From Terriglobia bacterium (GTDB lineage: Bacteria > Acidobacteriota > Terriglobia > 20CM-2-55-15), in the NCBI GenBank assembly GCA_965218585.1, contig CBDCLE010000022.1, forward strand, positions 1-64,000: a stretch of 64,000 nt of DNA, in the 5' to 3' direction. Positions 18,948 through 28,878 of the stretch are shown here, piece after piece (within the stretch, counting starts at the first letter, position 1; each line of letters opens with the position of its first letter). The translations under genes and the position numbers were made by a program. The notes under the pieces are model-generated. The model ran no database searches and had not been told where the DNA came from. It worked only from the letters and a program-made list of their open reading frames with translations.

Positions 18948-19630
18948 ATGCAAACACCATGGGGCGAGATCGAAGTCGCCGACGCCCACGCCCACCTTTT
19001 CTCATATGCCTTCTTCGAAGCGCTGGCCGAGCAAAAGGGGCAGGCTGGGAAAGTCGAGGATCTGGTCGGTGGTTTGGGATGGGATGTCCCTCCCAGCAGC
19101 AACACCGAACTGGCAGCACGCTGGTTGGGAGAACTGGATTCTCACGGCGTCTCGCGGTCCGTTCTGATGTCCTCGGTACCCGGCGACGAAGCATCGGCCA
19201 TGGAGGTCGTTCGCGCGCATCCGGAGCGCTTCTACGGATACTTCATGTTCAATCCCCTGGCGCCGGATGCCCTCGAAACAGCCCGCCGCGGGTTCGATGA
19301 GTTCGGATTGAAGGGGCTGTGCCTGTTCCCAGCCATGCACCGCTTTTCTCTGCAGGACGAGCGTCTTAACCCGATCTACGAAATGACCGGGGGCAGGGAA
19401 GGCGTCGTGATCTTCGTGCACGCGGGGGTCTTGAGTGTCGGGGTCCGAAAGAAGCTCGGCTTGCCTTCCAAGTTCGACATGAGCCTGTCGAATCCTATCG
19501 ATCTCCATCGTATCGCTTTGGAGCACCCGAAGGTCAATTTCGTCATTCCCCATTTCGGTGCCGGATTCTTTCGAGAAGTGCTCATGCTGGGAGACCTGGT
19601 GGGAAACGTATATCTCGATACTTCCAGTAG
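18948..19630 (+). pseudogene. 5' half of an Amidohydro_2-family amidohydrolase, cut by IS701
   Basis: DAHAH, FVHAG, PHFGAG and YLDTSS, then the reading frame runs into the IS end at 19631. Confidence 0.88.
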
Positions 19631-20367
19631 TACTACTGTGTTACAAACGAAGCGGTCCACAGAACGGACAACGAGGAAGCTGCTGAATCAGGAAGCGGGC
19701 GATGCGAATGCGAAGCGTGGCAATCGAGCAGGGGTTATGTCGTTCGGGCCGGATCCGGGGTTCCGCGGGGTTTGAAGTGTTTGGGGAGTTTGGGGACGGA
19801 TAGTCCAACATGCTCGACAAATGCAGAGGGGGAAAAACGGCTCCGCTCGGCGACCAGGAACCCATAAGAGGCAATACATAAGGTGCCATGATGGTGAAAT
19901 CCACGCCAGCCGCGACCTTCGTAGTGTCCCAGACCGAGTTCCTGCTTGAGTTCCTGATAGTCGCGTTCGATGATCCAGCGCTGTTTGGCCTGACCGGCCA
20001 GATCGGAAAGCGAGGTATGGGCCCCAAGAGTGGAGAGCCAGTACCGGATCGGTTCGGATGCGGTCTTGGGCCACTCGACCAACAACCACTCTTTCGGATG
20101 CGGCGAGTGGCGCTCGTGATCCAGATGAGCGGGACGAATGCGAACTGCGGCGAAACGGGAACGCAGGGTCTCGGAGGTGCCTTCGCGCCAGGAGACGTTC
20201 TTCCAACGCTGGGGAGACAACGAGAGGGCCAGTTGCTTGACCGAAACCGGTTGATGTTTCTTGTTGCGCTGCATGCGGGTCGGTGTCCGTCCGCGGCCGG
20301 TCAAGGATTTCGGCGGCAAGGGACCCTGGCCCGGTTTCCACACGGTCGTGGTGCCTTGCACCCCTAG

Positions 20368-21909
20368 GAGTCTGCGCGGCAGAGCGGAAAGAACCTGGAT
20401 TTATTGGGATTTGATCGTGTTGTCGGAGGCGACCGGACCGATTCTGCCGTTATGATGAACTCAGACCGGTGCGGACTCCAGTAGTAAGCCGTGTGATAAG
20501 GGTGGCGGTCCCGGTTTTCCGGATTAGGCCCATTCGATCTTCCCGTTCATCCGTCGTAAGTTCACTGCTAGAGTCACCAGGTTCCACTCACAGGTCACCT
20601 TGTCCAAACCTCGCAGACTGAACTGTCGGAATCCGAGCACCGATTTGATCCACCCGAAGGGCGGTTCACCAATGTGCTTTCTGGCCCGGTAGCGATCACG
20701 CCCAGACGGGGATTTCATTTTTCTCGTCATCCGACCAAGCGCGGTATCTTGTGGCGGGAGGGGGGCATCGTCCAGGTCCTTCTCCCGCCCCATGGCGACA
20801 TACCCATCAATTTGGCGTTGTTCTAACATCCCCAGATTCGACTCGGATCGATACCCCGCATCAGCGAGCACGCGGCCTGGAGACTCTCCCAGGTTGTTGT
20901 TCACCGCATCCAGAGTCGGCTCCAACTGCCCCACATCCGACGCATTGTCGCTCACCGTGGTCGCCACGATGATCCGGGCCTCGGAATCCACCATCGCCTG
21001 CGCGTTGTAACATTGCTGGAACCCTTCCGTGGAGGTCTTCATGATCCGGCTTTCTGGATCGGTGAAGTTCTCCTGGGCCTTGGGCTTGGGCTCGCCCATG
21101 GGGCGTTTGAATGGCTTGCCCTTCTTTCCGCTTCCCGGTTCGTCGTCTCCCGGTTTCCGTCCGGCTTCCTGGTCCGCAGCCATCTGACGTTCCTCGAGTC
21201 GCTTCATCGCCGCCTGGATCGTGGCCAGACGCTTCTTACGGGTCGCCAACCCGTCGGGTAGTTCGTCTCCGCGCCGGTCCTTGCCGTAACGCTGGTCTTC
21301 GTCCTCATCGGTCGCGGTCGCCCGGTTCAACAGATCCCGAATCTGCTCACCCAACTCGGTCTCCTGCTTCTTCATGCGTTGATAGCTCATCGCTTTGCGT
21401 TTGCTCGCATTCGCCCGCATCTTGGTTCCGTCCACCGCTACCGTCCCCATCTTCACCAAACCCGCTTCTCGCGCCATCATCACCACTTGCACAAACAGCT
21501 TCCCGAACTCCTCAAGATGCAGTTTGCGAAAATCCGAGATCGTTCGGTGCGCGGGAAAGTTCTCGGCTCCCAACATCCGGAACGCCACATCTTCTCTCAA
21601 CTTCGCTGCGATCTTCCTGGATGAAAACACTCCGGTCCCGTACCCATAGATCATCACCTTCACCATCATCCGCGGATCGAAGGCCTGATTGCCAGGCCCG
21701 TCAGTTCCATGCCTCTGTTCGAACCCGCTCAAATCCATCGCGTCCACAGCATCCGATATGAAGTACGACAGGTGATCTTCGGCCAGCCAATCGCTCAGCG
21801 ACGGTGGCATCAGCAGGCTCTGTTCTGGAATATAGGCTCGGTAAGTTCGTGGCATGCCCTATCTTCCATCCATTCCCGCCCAATTTCGGTCCTTCTGCCG
21901 CGCAGACTC
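20368..21909 (-). mobile_element. IS1182-family IS (1542 bp) nested in IS701 copy B
   Basis: Perfect 16-bp IR GAGTCTGCGCGGCAGA; CTAG duplicated at 20364-20367 and 21910-21913. Confidence 0.92.
20524..21855 (-). CDS. IS1182-family transposase
   Basis: FSSRKIA, VDGTKMRANAS, TDPESRIMK, YNAQ, LADAGY and GFRQFSLRG motifs. Confidence 0.93.
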   Translation of the reverse strand: MPRTYRAYIPEQSLLMPPSLSDWLAEDHLSYFISDAVDAMDLSGFEQRHGTDGPGNQAFDPRMMVKVMIYGYGTGVFSSRKIAAKLREDVAFRMLGAENFPAHRTISDFRKLHLEEFGKLFVQVVMMAREAGLVKMGTVAVDGTKMRANASKRKAMSYQRMKKQETELGEQIRDLLNRATATDEDEDQRYGKDRRGDELPDGLATRKKRLATIQAAMKRLEERQMAADQEAGRKPGDDEPGSGKKGKPFKRPMGEPKPKAQENFTDPESRIMKTSTEGFQQCYNAQAMVDSEARIIVATTVSDNASDVGQLEPTLDAVNNNLGESPGRVLADAGYRSESNLGMLEQRQIDGYVAMGREKDLDDAPLPPQDTALGRMTRKMKSPSGRDRYRARKHIGEPPFGWIKSVLGFRQFSLRGLDKVTCEWNLVTLAVNLRRMNGKIEWA

Positions 21910-22730
21910 CTAGGACGTAGCTAAGTCCGAGTTCGGTGATGCCGTGCCGGAACTTGTAGTTGTTGCCGTAGGCCGTATCGCCCAGAACCGGTGCCGGAGC
22001 AATGCCGTCATCGACGGCCTGCCGGATTTGTTCCAAAGCAATTTGAGGTTTAGTTTGAAATCGAACGTCTTCGGGAATAGCGGCTTTGCTTCGACGTTCC
22101 GGATCCTTCGCCCAGGTCTCGGGGAGGTAGAGTCGCCATGCCACCGGCAAGCTGGATTTCGCTGTCGCCACCGACAGGCTCACCGCCACCCGGCAGTTCT
22201 CAGGTTTGCCGACCTGTCCACAGTATTGCCGGGCCACACCCACCGAGTGGGTCCCCTTTTTCACGAATCCGGTGTCGTCGACAATCCAGGCTTCAATCGG
22301 ACCGTTGGCTTCCATCGCCCCCAGCGCGTACTGTCGAACTTCTGCCAACAGAGCCGCATCGTCCCAGGGCGCATCCGCGACCAGATGATGTAGCGACTGG
22401 TGCATTCGGCGTACATTATCCGGAGCCAATCGTGCAGCCATCGGCTCCACACTCTTACGTTTGATCGGCAGCAACAACCCGGTGCAGTACGACTTCAACG
22501 GTTCATGACGATCGGCGTGTCCTGCGGCCGACGCCAGGCGTTCCAAATAGGCCGCAAAACGTTTTTCCTGAGTGCCTGGCGCCTTCGATTTGGCGCTCAT
22601 GACCGGATGCTAACATAAAATAGACCGTTTGTAACATAGTAGTAATAGAGGCATGAGTGTTAATTTGCACGGAAAAGTGATCCGGGTTTTGCATTGAAAA
22701 TTGACCCGGGTTAGAGAGCCGGATTATGGC

Positions 22731-23510
22731 TCATGGGTTGGGGTTTTTCCGGGGTTTAGTCTCCTTTGTGTGTGTGGAACTGTTTCTAAAACGGTAACTG
22801 TCATTGCCGGTTTCGACGATGTGGCAATGGTGGGTGAGGCGGTCGAGCAGCGCGGCGGTCATCTTCGTGTCGTTGAAGACCCGGGGCCATTCACCGAAGG
22901 CAAGGTTGGTGGTGAGGACCCTGCGGGTGCGCTCGTAGAGTTTGCTCAGCAGGTGGAACAGCAAGGCGCCGCCGGCCTGCGAGAACGGCAGATAGCCGAG
23001 TTCATCGAGAATGACCAAATCGACTTGCAGGAGCCGGTTGGCGATCTGCCCAGTCTTACCCTTGGCTTTCTCCTGTTCCAGCGTGTTGACGAGTTCGATA
23101 GTGGAGAAGAACCGGACTCTGAGGCGATGGTGAGTGATGGCCTGCACGCCGATGGCCGTGGCGAGATGGGTCTTGCCGGTGCCCGGTCCGCCGATCATCA
23201 CGATGTTGTGAGCGTCGGCGACGAAGTCACATCGATACAGTGAGCTGAGCAGTGCCTCATCAACGGGGCTTTCATTGAAGTCGAAGTTGGAGAGGTCGCG
23301 ATAGGCTGGGAAGCGGGCGGTCCTCATCTGGTAGTTGATGGAGCGGACCTCGCGCTCGGCGACCTCGGCCTCGGTTAAGGTGTGGAGCATGGGCTCTATG
23401 TTTGAGAAAGCCGGAGCGCCTTGCCGCGCGAGTTCATCGACCGCTTGCGCCATGCCATGGAGTTTGAGCGACCTCAGCGCGCTGACCAGAGATTCAGATG
23501 ACATGGCCAT
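22731..23510 (-). CDS. istB: IS21 helper AAA+ ATPase
   Basis: [15 protein letters not shown] and LLDRLTHHC motifs. Confidence 0.93.
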   Translation of the reverse strand: MAMSSESLVSALRSLKLHGMAQAVDELARQGAPAFSNIEPMLHTLTEAEVAEREVRSINYQMRTARFPAYRDLSNFDFNESPVDEALLSSLYRCDFVADAHNIVMIGGPGTGKTHLATAIGVQAITHHRLRVRFFSTIELVNTLEQEKAKGKTGQIANRLLQVDLVILDELGYLPFSQAGGALLFHLLSKLYERTRRVLTTNLAFGEWPRVFNDTKMTAALLDRLTHHCHIVETGNDSYRFRNSSTHTKETKPRKNPNP

Positions 23511-24885
23511 CTCCTCTCAAGCGGTCGTAGCGATGAACATCGGCCTTCGGTTCATTGAGCAGTGTCAACGCATCGGGTATATCGATGAGGCTGGGCGGCG
23601 AGGCTTCCAGTAACCGGCTCAGGATATTGAGCACATGTTGCTTGGAGGCGGCCCCGGCTGCGAGTGCGATCTCGGCGGCACGCAGCACCGCCGGCTCATC
23701 GTGGTGCAGCACCAGCGCCAGGATCTCCACCATCTCCCGGTCCCCGCCAGGTCGCTTGAGCCGCGCCGCCTGGAGGCGCTTGAAAGGTTGGGGAAGCTCG
23801 GCGAAGGGAGCGCCGTTCCTCAACGCGCCCGGTTTTCGTTGGAGGACGCTCAGGTAGTGGCGCCAGTCGTAGACGGTTCGCCCTGACCGGCAGTCGCGCC
23901 CGCGCGCGATCACCCGCGGATGCTCAGCGATGACCTGGCCTTCGGCGGCAATCACGATGCGTTCGGCGTAGACGCGGACACTGACCGGCCGGTTGGCAAA
24001 CGCGGCCGGCACGCTGTAGCGATTACGCGCGAAGGCGATAAGGCAGGCCGGAGAAACACGCTTGGTGTGCTCGACAAAGCCATCGAACGGCGTCGGCATG
24101 CGCATCAGATGCGCGTGCTCATCGGCCCAGACCTCGGCGACTGTACGCTGGGGCTGCTCCGGGTGATGGATCTCGTCCCAGAGACCCCGGCATCGCCGCT
24201 CAAGCCACACGTTCACGTCACGGAAGCCAGCAAACTCAGGCGCGTCATGGAACAGACGGGGCCGCGCGTCCCGGACGTTCTTCTCGATCTGGCCTTTCTC
24301 CCATCCGGCGCCAGGCGTGCAGAACTCCGCTTCGAACAGGAAATGGCTCACCATCGCCTTGAACCGGGCGTTGACCACCTGGGGCAGCATGAACGCCCGG
24401 CTGTGGCAGAGTTTGAACTGCGCCACCATCAGCTTCGTGCGTTCACCGCCGATGACCACCCAGTCCTCGCTCCAGTCGAACTGGAACGCTTCGCCGGGCG
24501 CAAACACCAGCGGCACGAACGTGTCCCGGCTCACCTTCGAGGCTTCTTGCTGTTGGCGCCGCCATACCCGCGCAAACGCCGCCACACGGTCATAGGACCC
24601 CGTGTAGCCAAGCTTCATCAACTCGCCGTGCAGCTGTTTGAGATTACGCCGCTCCTTGCGACCCCGGGCCGATTCCCGCTTCAGCCACGACGCCAGCAAC
24701 TCGGCGTAGCCGTCCACTTTGCTCCGGCTCCTGCGCTTCGGATAGACCGCCTCCAGAGCGCCGCTCGCCAAGTGCTTCCGGATCGTATTGCGCGACAGCT
24801 TCGTTCGCCTGCTGATCTCTCGAATCGATACGCCCTCTCGTACATGCCAGCGTCTGATCACACTCAATATCGCCACGTCTATCAC
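23494..24885 (-). pseudogene. istA: IS21 transposase with a probable in-frame internal deletion
   Basis: QFDWSED and WEKGQIEK are present, but HSRAFML joins directly to PQVVNARF with no GG-P...YDN segment. Confidence 0.75.
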
Positions 24886-24992
24886 TCCTTTGCCCTCCTG
24901 CTCTGTTAATCGGCAGGAATGGGTATACACGTGGGTCAAATTTCGATGCAAATACCCGCTTTAAGTGGATCAGTTTTGGGTGCAAATCAACA

Positions 24993-25476
24993 CGCAAGAG
25001 AATTGGGCGGCGAAATTCGTATGGAGCCGCAGGAGGCCGCACCGGGCGGCCCTGTAATTTCCCACGTCACCGATCCCTGGGGGGGACGATTCGAGCTGTT
25101 GGAAGAGGCCGCTTCGCCGCCGGGCGTCCACCACGTTCATCTCTACGCATCAGACGCCGAGCAGATGCGGGATTGGTTTCTCGACGTGTTTGGCGGGGAG
25201 TATCGCGAAACGCCAACGTCGTTCTATAGAATTCTCTACGACAGCGTCTGGATACATGTTACCGAGGCAGAGGCCGATGATCCGTGGTCGGCGAGTCGCT
25301 TTCGGGTGACGGACCACATCGGTTTCCGGGTCCCGTCCCTCGATGACTTTCGCGAAACGCTCGGGGCATCCGGCTACGAACCGTATCTGCGGCGCCCGAA
25401 TCCGCCAGGTGCCGATTTGATGTTCTTCGAAGGCCCTGACGGGCTGCACGTCGAGATGACCGAGCCGGTGCGTTAG
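24993..25476 (+). pseudogene. VOC/glyoxalase-family gene, 5'-truncated by IS21
   Basis: TDPWGGRFELLE, HHVHL, DHIGF and EGPDGLHVE indicate a two-module VOC protein that lacks its N-terminus at the IS21 end. Confidence 0.7.
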
Positions 25477-25495
25477 GCATTACTCGTCGAGTCGC

Positions 25496-26860
25496 GAGGT
25501 CGTTCCAATCGGTGTGTAAAAAGAGAAGGCGGTGTACGCTTTCGGTGAATCCGAAACCCTAAGCAATCCCGGCAGCAACCGGGAGAAAGGTACACCACCC
25601 ATGAAGAAGAAGAACATACCGGCATCAGTGGCGTCAACGAACGCGTATGAAGGTTTGGAGGACTGGGCGCGATCCCGGGTCCAAGTCTGGCTACAGGAGC
25701 TGCTCGAGGACGAAGTCACTCAATTTCTGGGTCGGGAAAAGTTGGAGCGGAGTCCGAATCGACGAGGATACCGGAACGGTCACGGGAAACCGCGACGCTT
25801 CGCAATGATGAACGGTACGATGGAGGTTCGACGACCTCGGGTTCGAAACACCGCCGAGCGGTTCGAGAGTCAGATCCTGCCGTATTTTCGACGGAAATCG
25901 AAACAGCTGGGCGAGCTACTTCCCGATCTCTACCTCCACGGTCTGGCCACAGGGGACTTCGAGCAGGCCATGCGCGGACTGCTTGGCGCTGGCGCTCCGT
26001 TGTCGCGAGCATCGATCCAACGACTGAAATCGACCTGGCAGTTGGAGTATGACGAGTGGGTCCAGCAGGACCTGTCCGGCCTCGAGGTCGTGTACCAGTG
26101 GGCAGACGGCTTGTACGTGAAAGCGGGGATCGCGAAAGAGCGAGCGGCATTGCTGGTGATCATCGGAGCCTTGTCAGACGGGCGCAAAGTGGTGTTGGCC
26201 TGTGAGAGCGGGCAGCGGGAAAGCAAGGAGTCCTGGAGCCGCATTCTGCGCAATCTCCAGAGACGGGGCCTGAAGCTGGGACGACTGACTGTCGCGGACG
26301 GTCACCTGGGCATCTGGTCCGCGCTGGCCGAGCAACAGCCCCAGGGCCAGGAACAACGCTGCTGGAACCACAAGTCGATCAACGTGGTCGATCATCTGCC
26401 GAAGACCGAGCAGCCCGCGGCCAGACAGCTGCTTCATGGGATGGCCTTCGCGAACTCCCGCGCGGCCTGCGAACGAAAGCGGGATCAGTTCGTCCGCCGA
26501 TATGAGAAGAACTATCCCAAAGCGGGTGAGACGCTGTTGCGGGACTGGGACCGGATGATTACTTTCTATGAGTTCCCGAAACAACACTGGGTGCATCTGA
26601 GAACAACCAACATCGTCGAATCGCCCTTCGACATGGTTCGCCTCCGCACCAACGCCGCTCGCCGATTCAAGCGTGTCGAGAATGCAACGGCAATGATCTG
26701 GAAGCTACTACGTGTCGCTGAGAAGGCTTGGCGACACTTAAAAGGATCCGAACTCTTACAAGAGGTCTATGATGGTCAGCAATTCGCTGACGGCATCAGA
26801 GTCGTGATGAAATCGAAGGCCGCCGCCTGATGACTTTTACACACCTTTTGTAATGACCTC
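25496..26860 (+). mobile_element. IS256-family IS with an 8-bp target duplication
   Basis: IRs gaggtcgttccaatcggtgtgtaaaa / ttttacacaccttttgtaatgacctc; CGAGTCGC at 25488-25495 and 26861-26868. Confidence 0.92.
25601..26830 (+). CDS. IS256-family transposase
   Basis: YRNG, ADGLY, ADGHLG, QRCWNHK and RTTNIVES motifs. Confidence 0.93.
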   Translation: MKKKNIPASVASTNAYEGLEDWARSRVQVWLQELLEDEVTQFLGREKLERSPNRRGYRNGHGKPRRFAMMNGTMEVRRPRVRNTAERFESQILPYFRRKSKQLGELLPDLYLHGLATGDFEQAMRGLLGAGAPLSRASIQRLKSTWQLEYDEWVQQDLSGLEVVYQWADGLYVKAGIAKERAALLVIIGALSDGRKVVLACESGQRESKESWSRILRNLQRRGLKLGRLTVADGHLGIWSALAEQQPQGQEQRCWNHKSINVVDHLPKTEQPAARQLLHGMAFANSRAACERKRDQFVRRYEKNYPKAGETLLRDWDRMITFYEFPKQHWVHLRTTNIVESPFDMVRLRTNAARRFKRVENATAMIWKLLRVAEKAWRHLKGSELLQEVYDGQQFADGIRVVMKSKAAA

Positions 26861-26879
26861 CGAGTCGCCGACAAGACGG

Positions 26880-27791
26880 CTAACCGGGCAACGGGCCGCC
26901 GTTGTAAAACCACTCGAGGGCGGCCTGATCCCGGCAGATTTCAGCCCCGATAGCACGCAAGTGCCGGGAGATTTCGTCCGTCATCCCGTCGGATCGGGCA
27001 TCACCGGCCCGGCCTCTTCTGATCATGGCACCGCTCTCGAGAATGGGCACCTCTGCTGTCCTGTTCTCGAATTTCTCCTCGTGTTCTTTCATCCACGCGA
27101 ACGAGGTGTGCCGCAGAACGGCTGCCCACTGCTGGTCGGTTGGCTCGATTTCCAGGAAGTCGGCAATGTTGCGGATCGAACCCTCATGGTCGCCTTTCAT
27201 GTCCGTATAGTGAAGCGGCAGGACGTTGTCATTGTTGCGTAGCGGCCACCACGAAACGAGAAACTCGAATAGCATGCTTTGCATTTCGTTCGCGTCGACC
27301 ACCTCGCGATAGAACGAAGGGAAGTCGGGACGCATCGTCTCAGCCTTTGGCACGTTCCACAATTCGTGCCAAGCATCTGTGTGCATCGCTAGGAATGGCC
27401 TGAGTGAGACCAGAGCCTCCTCCGGGTTTCGGCAGATCACCACATATTTCACTTTCGTGCTCGCATCGTGCTCGCGGTAAGGAAGCACAGGCGGAGCAGA
27501 GTGAGCCTTGAACGCCCGGGGACGGTCGCTTCGCATGGCAGCGATACGGTCGAGCATCTCCTCGGGTGGCTGTTCGGGCCTTTGGAGGAGCTCGATCCAC
27601 GGCACCTCAGCGTAAATGTCCTCGAAGTCCGCGTCTCCGCCCGTGAGCAACTGGTAGACGATGTTCATCGCCCACGTCGTGCCACTCTTGACAGGCACAG
27701 ATATGACGATGTCCCCGTCCCTCCATTCGACCAGCTCCAGCATTTCCGGATGGAACCAGGGGGGTGGTCCGCCTTCGTTCGGTTCGCTCAC
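26880..27791 (-). CDS. PAPS-dependent sulfotransferase (Sulfotransfer_1)
   Basis: 5'-PSB motif PVKSGTTW, FKAH, 3'-PB motif RNPEEALVS and RRGRAG. GTG at 27791 after GAGGAAG. Confidence 0.85.
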   Translation of the reverse strand: MSEPNEGGPPPWFHPEMLELVEWRDGDIVISVPVKSGTTWAMNIVYQLLTGGDADFEDIYAEVPWIELLQRPEQPPEEMLDRIAAMRSDRPRAFKAHSAPPVLPYREHDASTKVKYVVICRNPEEALVSLRPFLAMHTDAWHELWNVPKAETMRPDFPSFYREVVDANEMQSMLFEFLVSWWPLRNNDNVLPLHYTDMKGDHEGSIRNIADFLEIEPTDQQWAAVLRHTSFAWMKEHEEKFENRTAEVPILESGAMIRRGRAGDARSDGMTDEISRHLRAIGAEICRDQAALEWFYNGGPLPG

Positions 27792-27879
27792 GCGTAGTCT
27801 TCCTCTCCGGCCTGTTTCTTCAGTGCTGCAGATCAGTTCAGGACGAGATTGATTGGAGGCATCCCGCAGAACGGGTTGC

Positions 27880-28878
27880 CTATGGCTGGAGACTCCGGTA
27901 CACGGCATCGATGAACATGTCGGTTGTCCAGAGGCCTTCGCTTGTCCCGTAAACGCCGTCGTAATCGAGGGTCGGTCCCGCGGCTCTCACCTGTTCGGGC
28001 GTCATGCCCTCGTCGATCATCCGCTCCACACGCTCACGGATGATCGTGAGCATGTCCCGATACTCCACGACGTCGGCCTCATTCGAGATCCGGCCATGGC
28101 CAGGCACGACCAGCGTGCCGCCTTGCTGATTGAAACGGGGGATGGCGATGTCGATGATGTGGTTTGCCGCGTCGATCAATCCCTGTATCGAGCCGCCCCG
28201 CGACAGATCGATCATCGGGTAACCCTCGGTGACGAACACGTCGCCCGCAGCGATGACGTCGGCCCCCCGGAAGAAGACGATAAGATCGCCATCGGTGCGC
28301 GCCTCCGGCTGGTGCAGGATCTCGATGCCCTCACCGTTTAAGTACATGGTCTTTTTCGGGCTGAAGAACGTGCTGGTCGGCCAGGCGTCAAAGGGACGCG
28401 CCGGCTGGGTCCCGGTCGGCGCGGCGATCCGAAAGTAGGTTTCTTCGCGGGCAATGATGGGAGCGTTCTCGACCGGGAAGCCGGAGTTGCCGGGTACGTT
28501 GATGGCTTCGTTGGCACCGGCCAGAGACAAGAACGCGTTGCCACCCGTGTGATTCAGGTTGACGCTGGTGTTGATAACATAGCGGATCGGCGCGTCCGTC
28601 AACGAGCCGAGAGCAGCGAGGATCTCCTCACTCATTCCGGCTGCTCCGGAGTCGACCAACAGGATGCCATCCGGGCCAACCTGCGCCACGATGTTGCCGC
28701 CGGCTCCCGCGAGGAGATACGCCCCCTTCTGGATGGGCAGTACTTCGATCTGGTCTTGGTCACCGCCCGTCTGATTTTCCGCCACTTGCCCCGCCGCCCA
28801 CGCTTCACCGCCTGCCGAGAGCACAGCCAGAGCCATGATGGGTAGCCATAGCCAGATTCCGGATTGAGTACGTTTCAT
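27880..28878 (-). CDS. Secreted MBL-fold (cyclase-like) protein with a degenerate metal motif
   Basis: GAGGN, LVDSG, NTSVNLNHTGGN (in place of HxHxDH), AAGD and VPGHG; signal peptide. Confidence 0.8.
   Translation of the reverse strand: MKRTQSGIWLWLPIMALAVLSAGGEAWAAGQVAENQTGGDQDQIEVLPIQKGAYLLAGAGGNIVAQVGPDGILLVDSGAAGMSEEILAALGSLTDAPIRYVINTSVNLNHTGGNAFLSLAGANEAINVPGNSGFPVENAPIIAREETYFRIAAPTGTQPARPFDAWPTSTFFSPKKTMYLNGEGIEILHQPEARTDGDLIVFFRGADVIAAGDVFVTEGYPMIDLSRGGSIQGLIDAANHIIDIAIPRFNQQGGTLVVPGHGRISNEADVVEYRDMLTIIRERVERMIDEGMTPEQVRAAGPTLDYDGVYGTSEGLWTTDMFIDAVYRSLQP

Larger units (their letters stand above)
19631..22644 (-). mobile_element. IS701-family IS, copy B, interrupted by IS1182
   Basis: Same IRs as copies A and C. 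3014 bp minus the 1542-bp IS1182 and the 4-bp duplication gives 1468 bp. Transposase split into 22600-21910 and 20367-19735. Confidence 0.93.
22658..24992 (-). mobile_element. IS21-family IS
   Basis: TGTTAATTTGCAC...GTGCAAATCAACA ends with internal repeated motifs; istA-istB pair; no matching target duplication. Confidence 0.9.

Noticed and set aside
12144-22644. Composite transposon carrying the 13.6-19.6 kb cargo
   Set aside because: The outer flanks (CTAC, ATAG) are not a duplication and the cargo continues a flanking gene, so the DNA is native and inverted.
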